From Candidatus Eiseniibacteriota bacterium (GTDB lineage Bacteria > Eisenbacteria > RBG-16-71-46 > DASYSL01), in contig JBKJJJ010000061.1 in assembly GCA_046598045.1 (NCBI GenBank), positions 1 to 28,326 of the forward strand: a stretch of 28,326 nucleotides of DNA, read 5' to 3'. Positions 9,292 to 18,658 of the stretch are shown here, piece after piece (position 1 is the first letter of the stretch; the number at the start of each line of letters is the position of its first letter). The notes below the pieces were generated by a model. The model was not told where the DNA came from, searched no databases, and saw nothing but the letters and a program-made list of their open reading frames with translations. The translations under genes and the position numbers were made by a program.

Positions 9292-9660
9292 CTAGGCCGG
9301 GTCCTCGTCCTCCGCGAGCCCCTTGCTCTCGGCGGTCGAGAGGAAATCCTCGAGCACGGCCACCGCCTCGTCGAGTTCCTCGCGGGGGACGACGATCACG
9401 CCCCACGCGTGCTCGCCCCAGTCCCGCATGACGGCCCCGCCGTAGCCGGCCAGGTCGCGCGAGTGCAGCTCGGGGTGGAGGCCCTGGCTCTCGAGCGCGC
9501 CCACCCACATCGCGGCGGTGATCGCGTCGGGCACCTCGCGCACGGCGGAAAAGCGCCCCTCGCTGTCGGGCGGTAGTGCGTCGACGAGCCCGCAGCGGCA
9601 GTCCCGGCAGAGGACCACGCCGGCCTCGAACTCCTTGCGACATTCCGGGCAAAAAGGCAT
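9292..9660 (-). CDS. zinc-ribbon plus DUF2007-like (putative signal-transducing) protein
   Basis: MPFCPECRKEFEAGVVLCRDC (two CxxC) followed by A-M-x-x-GALESQGL...IVVPREELDEAVAVL, a DUF2007-like pattern. GGAGG RBS upstream. Confidence 0.75.
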   Translation of the reverse strand: MPFCPECRKEFEAGVVLCRDCRCGLVDALPPDSEGRFSAVREVPDAITAAMWVGALESQGLHPELHSRDLAGYGGAVMRDWGEHAWGVIVVPREELDEAVAVLEDFLSTAESKGLAEDEDPA

Positions 9661-9742
9661 GGCGACCTCCCTAAGTGATCCAGCCCGAGGAATTTACCAG
9701 CCCGATCCCCGCGGCCACAAGGCCCGCCAGGGCCGGAAGCGT

Positions 9743-9758
9743 GGGCATGAGACTTGCT
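9743..9758 (+). promoter_or_regulatory. sigma54 (-24/-12) promoter
   Basis: GGGCATGAGACTTGCT has GG at 9744-45, exactly 10 nt, then GC at 9756-57, matching GGCAYG-N4-TTGCW. It lies just upstream of the AGGAGG RBS and ATG at 9795. Confidence 0.75.
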
Positions 9759-9794
9759 CTATGCAACGGCATGGACGACCTCAGGAGGGATCCC

Positions 9795-11159
9795 ATGTCG
9801 AACTATGACCTCCGGGACATCTCGGAGAAGCTGTCCGGGTCGAAGGACTCGACGTCGGTTATCTCGTCTTTCCTCGGCTACTTGCAGACGATGCGGCGCG
9901 ACTGGAAGGCCTCGATCGCCTTCTATGAGTGCTCGACCGACCGGCTGGTCTCGATCTATTCCCTCGAGGGGAACCGGTTGCTGACGGCGGATCTGGATTT
10001 GCCGGTAGACCAGCTTCCGGCCAAGCTCGTCCGCAAGTTTTTCCACCACAGCGCCCACTTCGCCGACTTCAAGAAGCGGATGGTGCTGTCCCTGATCTTC
10101 CAGAATTCGCCGTTTTACCGGGCGGACAAGACGGAAACCTCGCTGCTGGGCCCGATCACGGCCCTAAACGCCTGGGAGTCCTGCCTTTGCATGCCCATGG
10201 CGGACTCCGAGGACGTGATCGCGCTGCTCACGATCTGCTCCGCCAAGAAGAACGCCTTCCCGTCGAAGTCCGTCGGAGAATTGCTGCCGGTCAAGTCGGT
10301 CGCGGCCCTCGCCTTGTCCCAGCACCTGTACCGCTCGGAGAAGGGCCGGCTCGAGGAAGAGGTCAAGAGCGTCGAGTCCAAGGTCACGAACCAGTTCAAT
10401 GAGAAGGTGTCGCGCCTCTCCGAGGAGCGCATGGCGCTCCAGGAGGCGAATAACGAGCAGGCGCGCATGATCTCCGAGCTGGTCGAGAACCTCGGCACGA
10501 TGGACCAGGGCGGCGACCAGTACCGCACCGAGCTCGACCGGGTGAAGAACGCCCTGTTCGCGCTCGAGGAGCAGTCGTCGGTCGCCACCGAGTTCCTGTC
10601 GGACGCCTACACGGAACTGACGCAGGCCACGAACCAGCTCGGCGAGCTGCAGGGCACCGTCGGGTTCATCCGCGGCGTGTGCGACGTGCTGGCGCAGGAA
10701 CACAGCGAGGCCGACCTGCCCGCGCTGCTGGTGTCGTGGTTCTCGGAGTCCTTCGGCATCGACCGCTTCTCGTACATGACGCCCGATCCCCGCCATGACA
10801 CGCTCCAGATCTCGATGTCGCGCGGCATCTCGAGCGCGATCGCCGAAAAGGTGCGCGTGCGCATCGGCCAGGGCATCGCGGGCTGGGTGGCGCACAACCG
10901 CAAGCCGCTGCTGGTGCGCGCGGTCGGCGAGTCCGACATGCCGCACACCCGCCAGGACAACTACAACTCGGACTCGTTCCTCGCGGTCCCGGTGGTGCAC
11001 AACGACGTGCTCTACGGCGTGCTCAACCTTTCGAACAAGCGTGACGGCAGCCTGTTCGGCCAGGCCGACCTCGACCGCGCGACACTGCTCGCGCAGTTCA
11101 TCGCGATGTCGCAGGAGCGCCTGCAGATCGGGCGCAAGGCGCAGGCCTGGGCGTCGTAG
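9795..11159 (+). CDS. GAF-domain protein (degenerate GAF, coiled coil, GAF) with no output domain
   Basis: Clear C-terminal GAF (GQGIAGWVAHNRKPLLV...SFLAVPV...YGVLNLSNK...F-x-x-x-D), GAF-like N-terminal part (SCLCMPM...VIALLTICS...AF), E/Q/L-rich helical middle. AGGAGG RBS supports the ATG at 9795. Confidence 0.8.
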   Translation: MSNYDLRDISEKLSGSKDSTSVISSFLGYLQTMRRDWKASIAFYECSTDRLVSIYSLEGNRLLTADLDLPVDQLPAKLVRKFFHHSAHFADFKKRMVLSLIFQNSPFYRADKTETSLLGPITALNAWESCLCMPMADSEDVIALLTICSAKKNAFPSKSVGELLPVKSVAALALSQHLYRSEKGRLEEEVKSVESKVTNQFNEKVSRLSEERMALQEANNEQARMISELVENLGTMDQGGDQYRTELDRVKNALFALEEQSSVATEFLSDAYTELTQATNQLGELQGTVGFIRGVCDVLAQEHSEADLPALLVSWFSESFGIDRFSYMTPDPRHDTLQISMSRGISSAIAEKVRVRIGQGIAGWVAHNRKPLLVRAVGESDMPHTRQDNYNSDSFLAVPVVHNDVLYGVLNLSNKRDGSLFGQADLDRATLLAQFIAMSQERLQIGRKAQAWAS

Positions 11160-11276
11160 CCAGCGTCTTGAAACCGCGTTGGTCCTGAGGGGCGCCCTGC
11201 AGCCGGGGCGCCGTTCGACTTCGGGGCCGGTGGTTACGCCTTGCGGCAGGCCCGCGACGGGCGGACACTCATTGCC

Positions 11277-12041
11277 ATGCGCCTCCGAGCCCACACCCTC
11301 GCCACCCTCGCCGGGCTTGCGCTCGCGGGCCCGAGCTACGCCTCGAACGGGCTCGTGGACCTCTCGTGGAACCAGTGTTCGCCGGTCGTCTCCGATCTCA
11401 CGACGAACACGCCGGGCCTGTACTCGCTCTTCGTATCGGTGACCGGGTTCGACCAGCCGCACCAGGCGTACGAGTCGACGCTCCTCTACGGCGACGCCAA
11501 TGGGGCCGTCCCCGACGCGTGGCGCTTTGATCCGGTGGGCTGCGAGGGGACGCCGTTCGTCCGTATCGACCATATCGCGCCGTCAAGCGTGGCCAAGGTG
11601 TGCCCTTCGTTCCAGGGCGCAGCATCTACGGCCCAGGTCAAGGCGGTGGACTTCGTTCCGCCGAGCGACACGGGATCGGGCTACCTGCTGACGCAGATGC
11701 GCTGCACCCTCTTCAACGTCTATCCGAACGATGGCGCGGGCAGCCCGAATTTCAATCCGGCGGTTCGCTATTTCCTCATGCGGGTCGAATTCGATCTCAC
11801 CTACGCGGTGACCGGGGCGACGACGCCCAACGCCAGCTGCGGCGGATGGGAGCAGCCGATGTGCTTCCAGCTCGGGCGCGCGGGCTATCTCGACCTGGCG
11901 GGCACGGAGGTGCCCTTCGGCCGAAGCACCCCGTTCGGGCAGGCGCCGATCGTCACGTTCAACGGCGGCGGGGTGAACTGCGGGACTTCCCCCGCGCGAC
12001 CCGCCACCTGGGGCTCGATCAAGAACCAGTACCGCCGCTGA
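11277..12041 (+). CDS. secreted Cys-containing hypothetical protein with a C-terminal TWGSIKNQYRR tail
   Basis: Sec-type signal peptide (MRLRAHTLATLAGLALAGPSYA), beta-rich mature region with 7 Cys, ends PARPATWGSIKNQYRR. Confidence 0.8.
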   Translation: MRLRAHTLATLAGLALAGPSYASNGLVDLSWNQCSPVVSDLTTNTPGLYSLFVSVTGFDQPHQAYESTLLYGDANGAVPDAWRFDPVGCEGTPFVRIDHIAPSSVAKVCPSFQGAASTAQVKAVDFVPPSDTGSGYLLTQMRCTLFNVYPNDGAGSPNFNPAVRYFLMRVEFDLTYAVTGATTPNASCGGWEQPMCFQLGRAGYLDLAGTEVPFGRSTPFGQAPIVTFNGGGVNCGTSPARPATWGSIKNQYRR

Positions 12042-12128
12042 GCCGGTCCCACCCGCCGCGGCCGCCCGTAGAATGGTCGAGCCGCGCCAGCCGGGCGCGG
12101 ACGCCCCCCCGCGACCCGAGGCCCCACC

Positions 12129-12839
12129 ATGCGCCTGCTGTCGATCGCACCCCTCCTGCTCCTCGGCTTTGCCGCGAGCGCGCAAGCCGCGGACTCCGCG
12201 CCCGTCGCCGTGGTCGAGCTGTTCACCTCCGAGGGCTGCTCGAGCTGCCCGCCTGCCGACCGCGTCCTCGCCGACCTGGCGAGGGATGCCCGCGCAAACG
12301 GCCGCCGCGTGTACCTCCTCGAGTTCCACGTCGACTACTGGAACTCGCTCGGGTGGCGCGACCCGTTCAGCGACGCCGCCTACTCGCAGCGCCAGCGCGA
12401 GTACGCCACCGCGCTCGCCGGGGAGCAGGTTTACACGCCGCAGATGATCGTCAACGGGACCGTCGAATTCGTGGGCTCGAACCGCGCGCGCGCCGACCGA
12501 GAAATTGCCGCCGCGCTCGCCCGACCCGCCCGCGCGAGCGTCCAGTTGGCGATCCACGGGACCCTGATCACCTACCGGGTCGAGGGCGCGCCGCGCGGCG
12601 CGCGGCTCAGCGTGGCGGTGGTGGACTCCGCGGAGGTCACCAGGGTGACGCGCGGTGAGAACGCCCGGCGCACCCTCGCGCACGCGCAGGTCGTGCGCGC
12701 GCTCGAGAGCCGCGCGCTCGACGGTGCGACCACGGGAACGATCGACCTGCACCGCGGCCTGGCGCCGGGGGGCCAGGTGATCGCCTTCGTACAGAAGGGC
12801 TCTACCCGGGAGGTGCTGGGGGCCGCCGAAACCCACTAG
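12129..12839 (+). CDS. DUF1223-family secreted thioredoxin-fold protein
   Basis: Signal peptide, VVELFTSEGCSSCPPAD, FHVDYWNSLGWRDPFS, VYTPQMIVNG, RGENARRTL-H-x-x-VVR. Confidence 0.9.
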   Translation: MRLLSIAPLLLLGFAASAQAADSAPVAVVELFTSEGCSSCPPADRVLADLARDARANGRRVYLLEFHVDYWNSLGWRDPFSDAAYSQRQREYATALAGEQVYTPQMIVNGTVEFVGSNRARADREIAAALARPARASVQLAIHGTLITYRVEGAPRGARLSVAVVDSAEVTRVTRGENARRTLAHAQVVRALESRALDGATTGTIDLHRGLAPGGQVIAFVQKGSTREVLGAAETH

Positions 12840-13257
12840 TCCGCTGCAACGGACTGTCGTGTAATAGCTTGGTGGTTATATGGTCGAAAACTTGGGTGAT
12901 TTGGCATTCCCGGTGGATTTGGCGACAATTTTTGCGTAAGATCTTAGCTCGCTTGGGAGATGATCCTGCTCAGGCGTCGTCCCAGCGAGTCCCGCTTTCT
13001 GTTTCGGAGAGGAGATCATCCCCGCGCCCCTTGCCAACGTCCTAATTGTCGGATCGAGATCCACCTGCCACGGGTCGACGCACCCACGGCGTCTCGTGTC
13101 TTAACGGTTTGATCCTCGGGTTCACCTCACCTATCGAAATCTGAATCGTCGACCGCCCGCGAGGGCATTTCGTTTCCCTCCTGCATTCCCCTCGCCCGTT
13201 GCGCTTCGGCCCGCGGCTTCAGGCCCGGCCCCGCCCGACGGCGAAAGGAGCTACATC

Positions 13258-14115
13258 ATGAAGCGTCTCTTCATCGTGATTCTGGTCCTTGCTGCGAACC
13301 TCTCGATCGGGTACGCCCCGGCCGGAGCCAACCCCGGGGACAACCTCGGCGTGGTCACGGTTCCCTATCCCGGCAGCATCGGCGTCTCGGTCGCAGTGAA
13401 TTGCGACCAGATCATCTACTACACGAACTACCAGGATCCGCACCTCTACTTGACCAACAAGACGGGAGCCGCGCTCGGAGCCCTGCCGCTGGTGGACGTG
13501 GCGACGGGCGTCTCGGTGACCCTTGGCGAGATGTCGTGGGACAACACGATCGGCCGGCTCTGGGCGGGCACGGACTCCCAGAGCCCCCAGCAGGTCTACA
13601 CCGTCGATCCGGCGACCGGGCTTTGCACGTACCGCTTCTCGACGCCCGAGGCCGGTGGCTTTTCCCTCGTCGACGGACTGGGCTACGACGCCGGCGACAA
13701 CACGATCTGGATGTCACCTGACGTCAGCACGAGCATCTTCCACTACACGCCGGGCGGCTTCTACCTTGGGTCCATCACCCCGCTGGACGCGGGTGGCAAC
13801 GCGCTCGGAAGCGTGAGCGGCGTGTCGGTGGGACTGGGCAACACGCTCTACATCGGACGCAATGGCCTGGGCCAGATCGTTCGGATCGATAAGAGCTCGG
13901 GCGCATTCATCGGCTCGTTCGCCTCGCCCGGCGGGCGCGACGAGGGCCTCGAGTGCGACCAGTTCAGCTTCGCTCCCAAGTTCGTGCTCTGGTCGAAGGA
14001 CGCCTACAACAACACGATCACCGCGATCGAAGTCGATCCGGCGACCTGCGGCTGCGGCGGCGTCGTGCCTGCGGCGACTTCCTCGTGGGGCAGCGTCAAG
14101 GCCCTGTATCGCTAG
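13258..14115 (+). CDS. secreted probable beta-propeller protein with a C-terminal SWGSVKALYR tail
   Basis: AAAGGAG RBS, signal peptide MKRLFIVILVLAANLSIGYAPAGA, about five blade-like repeats (e.g. EMSWDNTIGRLWAG, GLGYDAGDNTIWMS), ends PAATSSWGSVKALYR. Confidence 0.82.
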   Translation: MKRLFIVILVLAANLSIGYAPAGANPGDNLGVVTVPYPGSIGVSVAVNCDQIIYYTNYQDPHLYLTNKTGAALGALPLVDVATGVSVTLGEMSWDNTIGRLWAGTDSQSPQQVYTVDPATGLCTYRFSTPEAGGFSLVDGLGYDAGDNTIWMSPDVSTSIFHYTPGGFYLGSITPLDAGGNALGSVSGVSVGLGNTLYIGRNGLGQIVRIDKSSGAFIGSFASPGGRDEGLECDQFSFAPKFVLWSKDAYNNTITAIEVDPATCGCGGVVPAATSSWGSVKALYR

Positions 14116-14151
14116 TCCGTTGGTCGTGCGCTGAGGGTTGGATATGAAGTT

Positions 14152-14191
14152 GAGGGCGCTCTCCTCCGGGAGGGCGCCCTCTTCATTTTTC
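14152..14191 (+). terminator. intrinsic terminator
   Basis: Stem-loop GAGGGCGCTCTCC-tccg-GGAGGGCGCCCTC followed by TTCATTTTTT, between convergent genes. Confidence 0.8.
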
Positions 14192-14217
14192 AGGCGGAGT
14201 ATCCGGGGGCCGCGGCT

Positions 14218-14703
14218 CTAGCGCGCGGCCAGCTCGTCGGCGAGCAGGCGCGCCTTGGTCGCGAGCTGCGAGGCGCGCATCCAGTCCTGCTCGGTGCGCG
14301 CGGCGGCCGCGTCCTTGAGGAAACCCTGCGCGATCTGGAGCTTGCGCTGCTTCTCGGGGTCGAGCTTCGAGGCGTCGAGCGCGCCCAGCTTGAGCAGCGC
14401 CGCGTCGATCTGCTCGCGCGAATTCTTCTCCAGCTCCTTTGCCTCCGCGGTCGAGAGCTGCGGCACCACGGAGGGTGCCTTCGCGCTGTCCGCCACCGCG
14501 GGGGCCGAGGTGGAGGACCCGGCGACCACCGCCCCCGCCTTCGGATCGCTCGGGGGGCGGGGCGTGCGCCGCGCGCGCGGGCTGGCCGCGGTGCGGCCCT
14601 CCTCGGCAGAGTCGGCGTCGGGCTTGGGCGCGTGCGAGCAGCCCGCGAACAGGAGCACGCACCCGAGCGCGACGGACGGCAGGAGCCGGGCGGGCGCGTT
14701 CAC
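14218..14703 (-). CDS. lipoprotein co-transcribed with the two-component system
   Basis: GTG start overlaps the kinase stop (GTGA). Lipobox LLFAG|C, Pro/Ala-rich linker, helical C-terminus (QIAQGFLKDAAAA...ASQLATKARLLADEL). Confidence 0.78.
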   Translation of the reverse strand: MNAPARLLPSVALGCVLLFAGCSHAPKPDADSAEEGRTAASPRARRTPRPPSDPKAGAVVAGSSTSAPAVADSAKAPSVVPQLSTAEAKELEKNSREQIDAALLKLGALDASKLDPEKQRKLQIAQGFLKDAAAARTEQDWMRASQLATKARLLADELAAR

Positions 14704-16630
14704 GCCGCCCCCTTCGCGTCGCCCGAGCCGGCGCCCACGAGCTGCGAGTCGAGCGGCACGTTGAGCGGCAGCCAGGCGCGCACGGTCGTGCCCCGTCCCT
14801 CCTCGGACTCGATCGCGACCTGTCCACCGTGGAGCTGGAGCGCGCGCTGCACGATCGCCAGCCCGATCCCCGAGCCATCGGAGCGCGTGGTGTAGAACAG
14901 GTCGAACACCTTCGAGACCTCCTTGCGCGCGATGCCCTTGCCGTGGTCCTGCACGGCGACCACCAGCAGGCGGTTCGGCCCCTCCTCGACGCGCACCTCG
15001 ATCGGTCCCTTGTGGGGGCCGGCCTGCACCGCGTTCTGCACCATGTTGAGGAACGCCTGGTAGAGCATGCTGCGGTCGCCCCACGGCGTCGGCAACCCCG
15101 GCCGCGGCGCGAAGCGGATCTCGGTGCCGCCACGCTCGGCCTCGCTCGCGACCAGGCCCACGACCTCGGAGAGGAGCTGATTGAGCTGGAGCGGCTCGCG
15201 CTGCGCGTGCGTCATGCGGCCGAAGCGGAGGAACGCGTTGACCACCTCGCCGAGGCGATTGATCTGCTGGCCGACCACGCCGAGATTGCGCAGCGGGCTG
15301 CTCAGGTCGCGGCCGTCGGCATGGCGTTCGAGCCACTCGCGCGCGAGGTCCAGGTGGAGATTCATGGCCTGCAGCGGGTTCCGAATCTCGTGCGCCACGC
15401 CGAGCGCGACCTGCCCCCACGCGATCATGCGGTGCGATTCGTCGAGCAGCGAGGTGAGCTTGCGCAGCGAGTCGCTGTTGCGCAGCGTGAGCACGACGCC
15501 CTGAGTCTCGCTGCCGTGCGGCACCGGGTAGGCGAGCAGGAGGTACCGGTCGCCGTGCGCGTCGGAATCGAACCGCACCTCCGCGCGCTCCCGCGCGTCG
15601 GACTGGGCGAGCGCCTCGCGCCAGAGCTCGGTCAGCGGATGGTTGGCGCCGAGCGCCCGCGCGATGTCCTGGCCCACGAGCGCGGACTCCTGCCGGCCCA
15701 TCACGCGACACGCGATCGGGTTCGCGTGCGCGATGCGGCCGGCCTTCTCGACCATGAGCACGCCGTCCTCGAGGCCGTCCACCAGCGCAGCGAGCTGCCG
15801 GTTGCGCGCCTCGATCGTCGTCCGGTCCTCGGCCAGCTTCGCGGACATGGCGTTGAACGAGGAGAACAGCCGGACCAGGTCCTGGTCACCCTCGACGGTC
15901 TCGAGGCGCTGGTCGTAGTCGCCCTTGCCGACGCGCTCGAGCGCCGCGAGCAGGCTCTGGAGCGGGCGGGTCGTGAGGTCGGCGAGGACGAACGCGAGCA
16001 CGCCGGCGAGCAGGAGCGCGGCGAGCGCGAGCAGCAGGCTCTTGCGGAACGGCTCGACCAGCGCGTCGCGCACGAAGCTCGACGCCAGGCCGACGCGGAT
16101 CGACCCGACCTGCTTGCCCGCGCGCGCGATCGGCTGCACGAATTCGTAGTCCTCGTTCTTCTGCAGCGAGATCAGCTTGGCGAAGGCGGTCTGCCGGAGC
16201 AGTTGCGACGCCTCGGGCGCGGACTCCAGCGTGTCGCCCACGAAGCTGGCGGTCGTGTTCGCGAGCGCGACGCCGCGCGTGTCCACGACCGCGATGTACT
16301 GGACGTACTTGTAGGGCCCGATCGACGCGGCGAGGAACGTGCGCAGGTTCCTGTCGTCGCGGATCACGGCTTCGGGATTGCTCCTGGGGTGCGAGGTCAG
16401 CGCCTTGTCGACGATCTGGGTTGCCTGCTGGGTGATCTGCCGCGCGTCCTGCACCATCGAGGTGACCGCGAAGTCGGCGAGCGAGGAAAGGTGGAACACC
16501 GTCGCCACGCCGACCCCGAACAGCGCCAGGAACGACAGCGCGAACAGCAGCCGCGGCCGCACGCCGAGTCGCTGGAACGGCCTCAGGGCAGCGTCCAGCG
16601 GCGCCGGCAGGCGGCGCGCGGGCTCCGCGC

Positions 16631-16634
<4 letters not shown>
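14700..16634 (-). CDS. membrane sensor histidine kinase (periplasmic sensor, HAMP, PAS, HisKA, HATPase)
   Basis: Two TM segments, HAMP (RPLQSLLAALERVGKGDYD), PAS (LVDGLEDGVLMV...HANP), H-box AHEIRNPL, N-box NMVQNAVQA, DHGKGI, GSGIGLAIV. GTG at 16634 overlaps the regulator stop. Confidence 0.92.
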
Positions 16635-18139
<1,505 letters not shown>

Positions 18140-18293
18140 AGCGGATCCTGTCGGAGTTGCACCCGGCCGGGGCGGGACGGGGGCGGGTGGTCGTGGCGAA
18201 GGGCCTGAGTAGGCCCGGGGACCGCAGCGCGTAAGACTTTCAGGCAAAAGCCCGTCGGGGTCCAGCGCCAACTGCCGTTCGGAGCCAGAAAAC

Positions 18294-18339
18294 GAGTAAC
18301 TCTGACCTGAATCGGCGCCTCATTTGGAAGTAATTACCC
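18294..18339. promoter_or_regulatory. tandem putative enhancer (UAS) sites for a bEBP
   Basis: GTAA-ctc-TGAC (18296-18306) and GAAG-taa-TTAC (18327-18337) are imperfect GTnA-N3-TnAC palindromes with centres 31 bp apart. Confidence 0.45.
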
Positions 18340-18461
18340 GGTCGCAGGTCCCGAGTTCTCTCGGAACCTGCCAACGAAAGCCCCGAAGGCTTCGGACCAA
18401 GTAATTGCGGGATCATGTCTTCGCTCTCGGAGCCGGGGAGAGTGGCCGGCGCGCGCGGGTT

Positions 18462-18477
18462 CGGCACGCGTCTTGTA
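18462..18477 (+). promoter_or_regulatory. sigma54 (-24/-12) promoter, variant -12 element (TTGTA)
   Basis: CGGCACGCGTCTTGTA: GGCACG-N4-TTG with correct spacing, but GT instead of GC at -12. Confidence 0.55.
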
Positions 18478-18487
18478 GTGGGCGGGA

Positions 18488-18590
18488 GACAGTTGCGATC
18501 CCCCCGAAGTCGGCGGATGGGTCCCGACCTGGACCAAGGGCCGCCACCTGAGGTCTACGGTCAGGGACCCTTCGCCGCTATTTTTCCTTT
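18488..18590 (+). ncRNA. candidate sigma54-dependent small RNA
   Basis: Begins about 12 nt after the -12 box. C-rich 5' stretch (GCGATCCCCCC), long hairpin at 18511-18577, then CTATTTTTCCTTT. No credible plus-strand protein gene here. Confidence 0.5.
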
Positions 18591-18614
18591 CCTAAAGCCA
18601 GGCACGGATGCGTA

Positions 18615-18637
18615 GGGCGCCCCGCCACGGGGCGCCC
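18615..18637. other. 10-bp GC hairpin just downstream of the YjgR-like gene
   Basis: GGGCGCCCCG-cca-CGGGGCGCCC. No adjacent U-tract, so a terminator role is uncertain. Confidence 0.5.
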
Positions 18638-18658
18638 CTGGCATCGCCGCGCGCGCTG

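Noticed and set aside
9784..9795. Partial complementarity (10 of 12) between the candidate sRNA seed UGCGAUCCCCCC and the GAF gene RBS region GGAGGGAUCCCA
   Set aside because: Too short and interrupted to distinguish from chance without a genome-wide target prediction.
12919..12935. TTGGCGACAATTTTTGC as a sigma54 promoter
   Set aside because: Spacing is GG-N11-GC; sigma54 requires N10.
18344..18395. Two hairpins (GCAGGT...ACCTGC and CCGAA/TTCGG) as a riboswitch for the response regulator
   Set aside because: I recognise no aptamer consensus such as c-di-GMP-I on either strand, and hairpins of this size are common in GC-rich DNA.
18601..18615. GGCACG as a second sigma54 -24 box
   Set aside because: No TTGC-like -12 element at the required distance.
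18517..18615. Short plus-strand ORF MGPDLDQGPPPEVYGQGPFAAIFPFLKPGTDA within the sRNA candidate
   Set aside because: It has no SD sequence, its start is buried in the hairpin, and it runs through the terminator-like U-tract.
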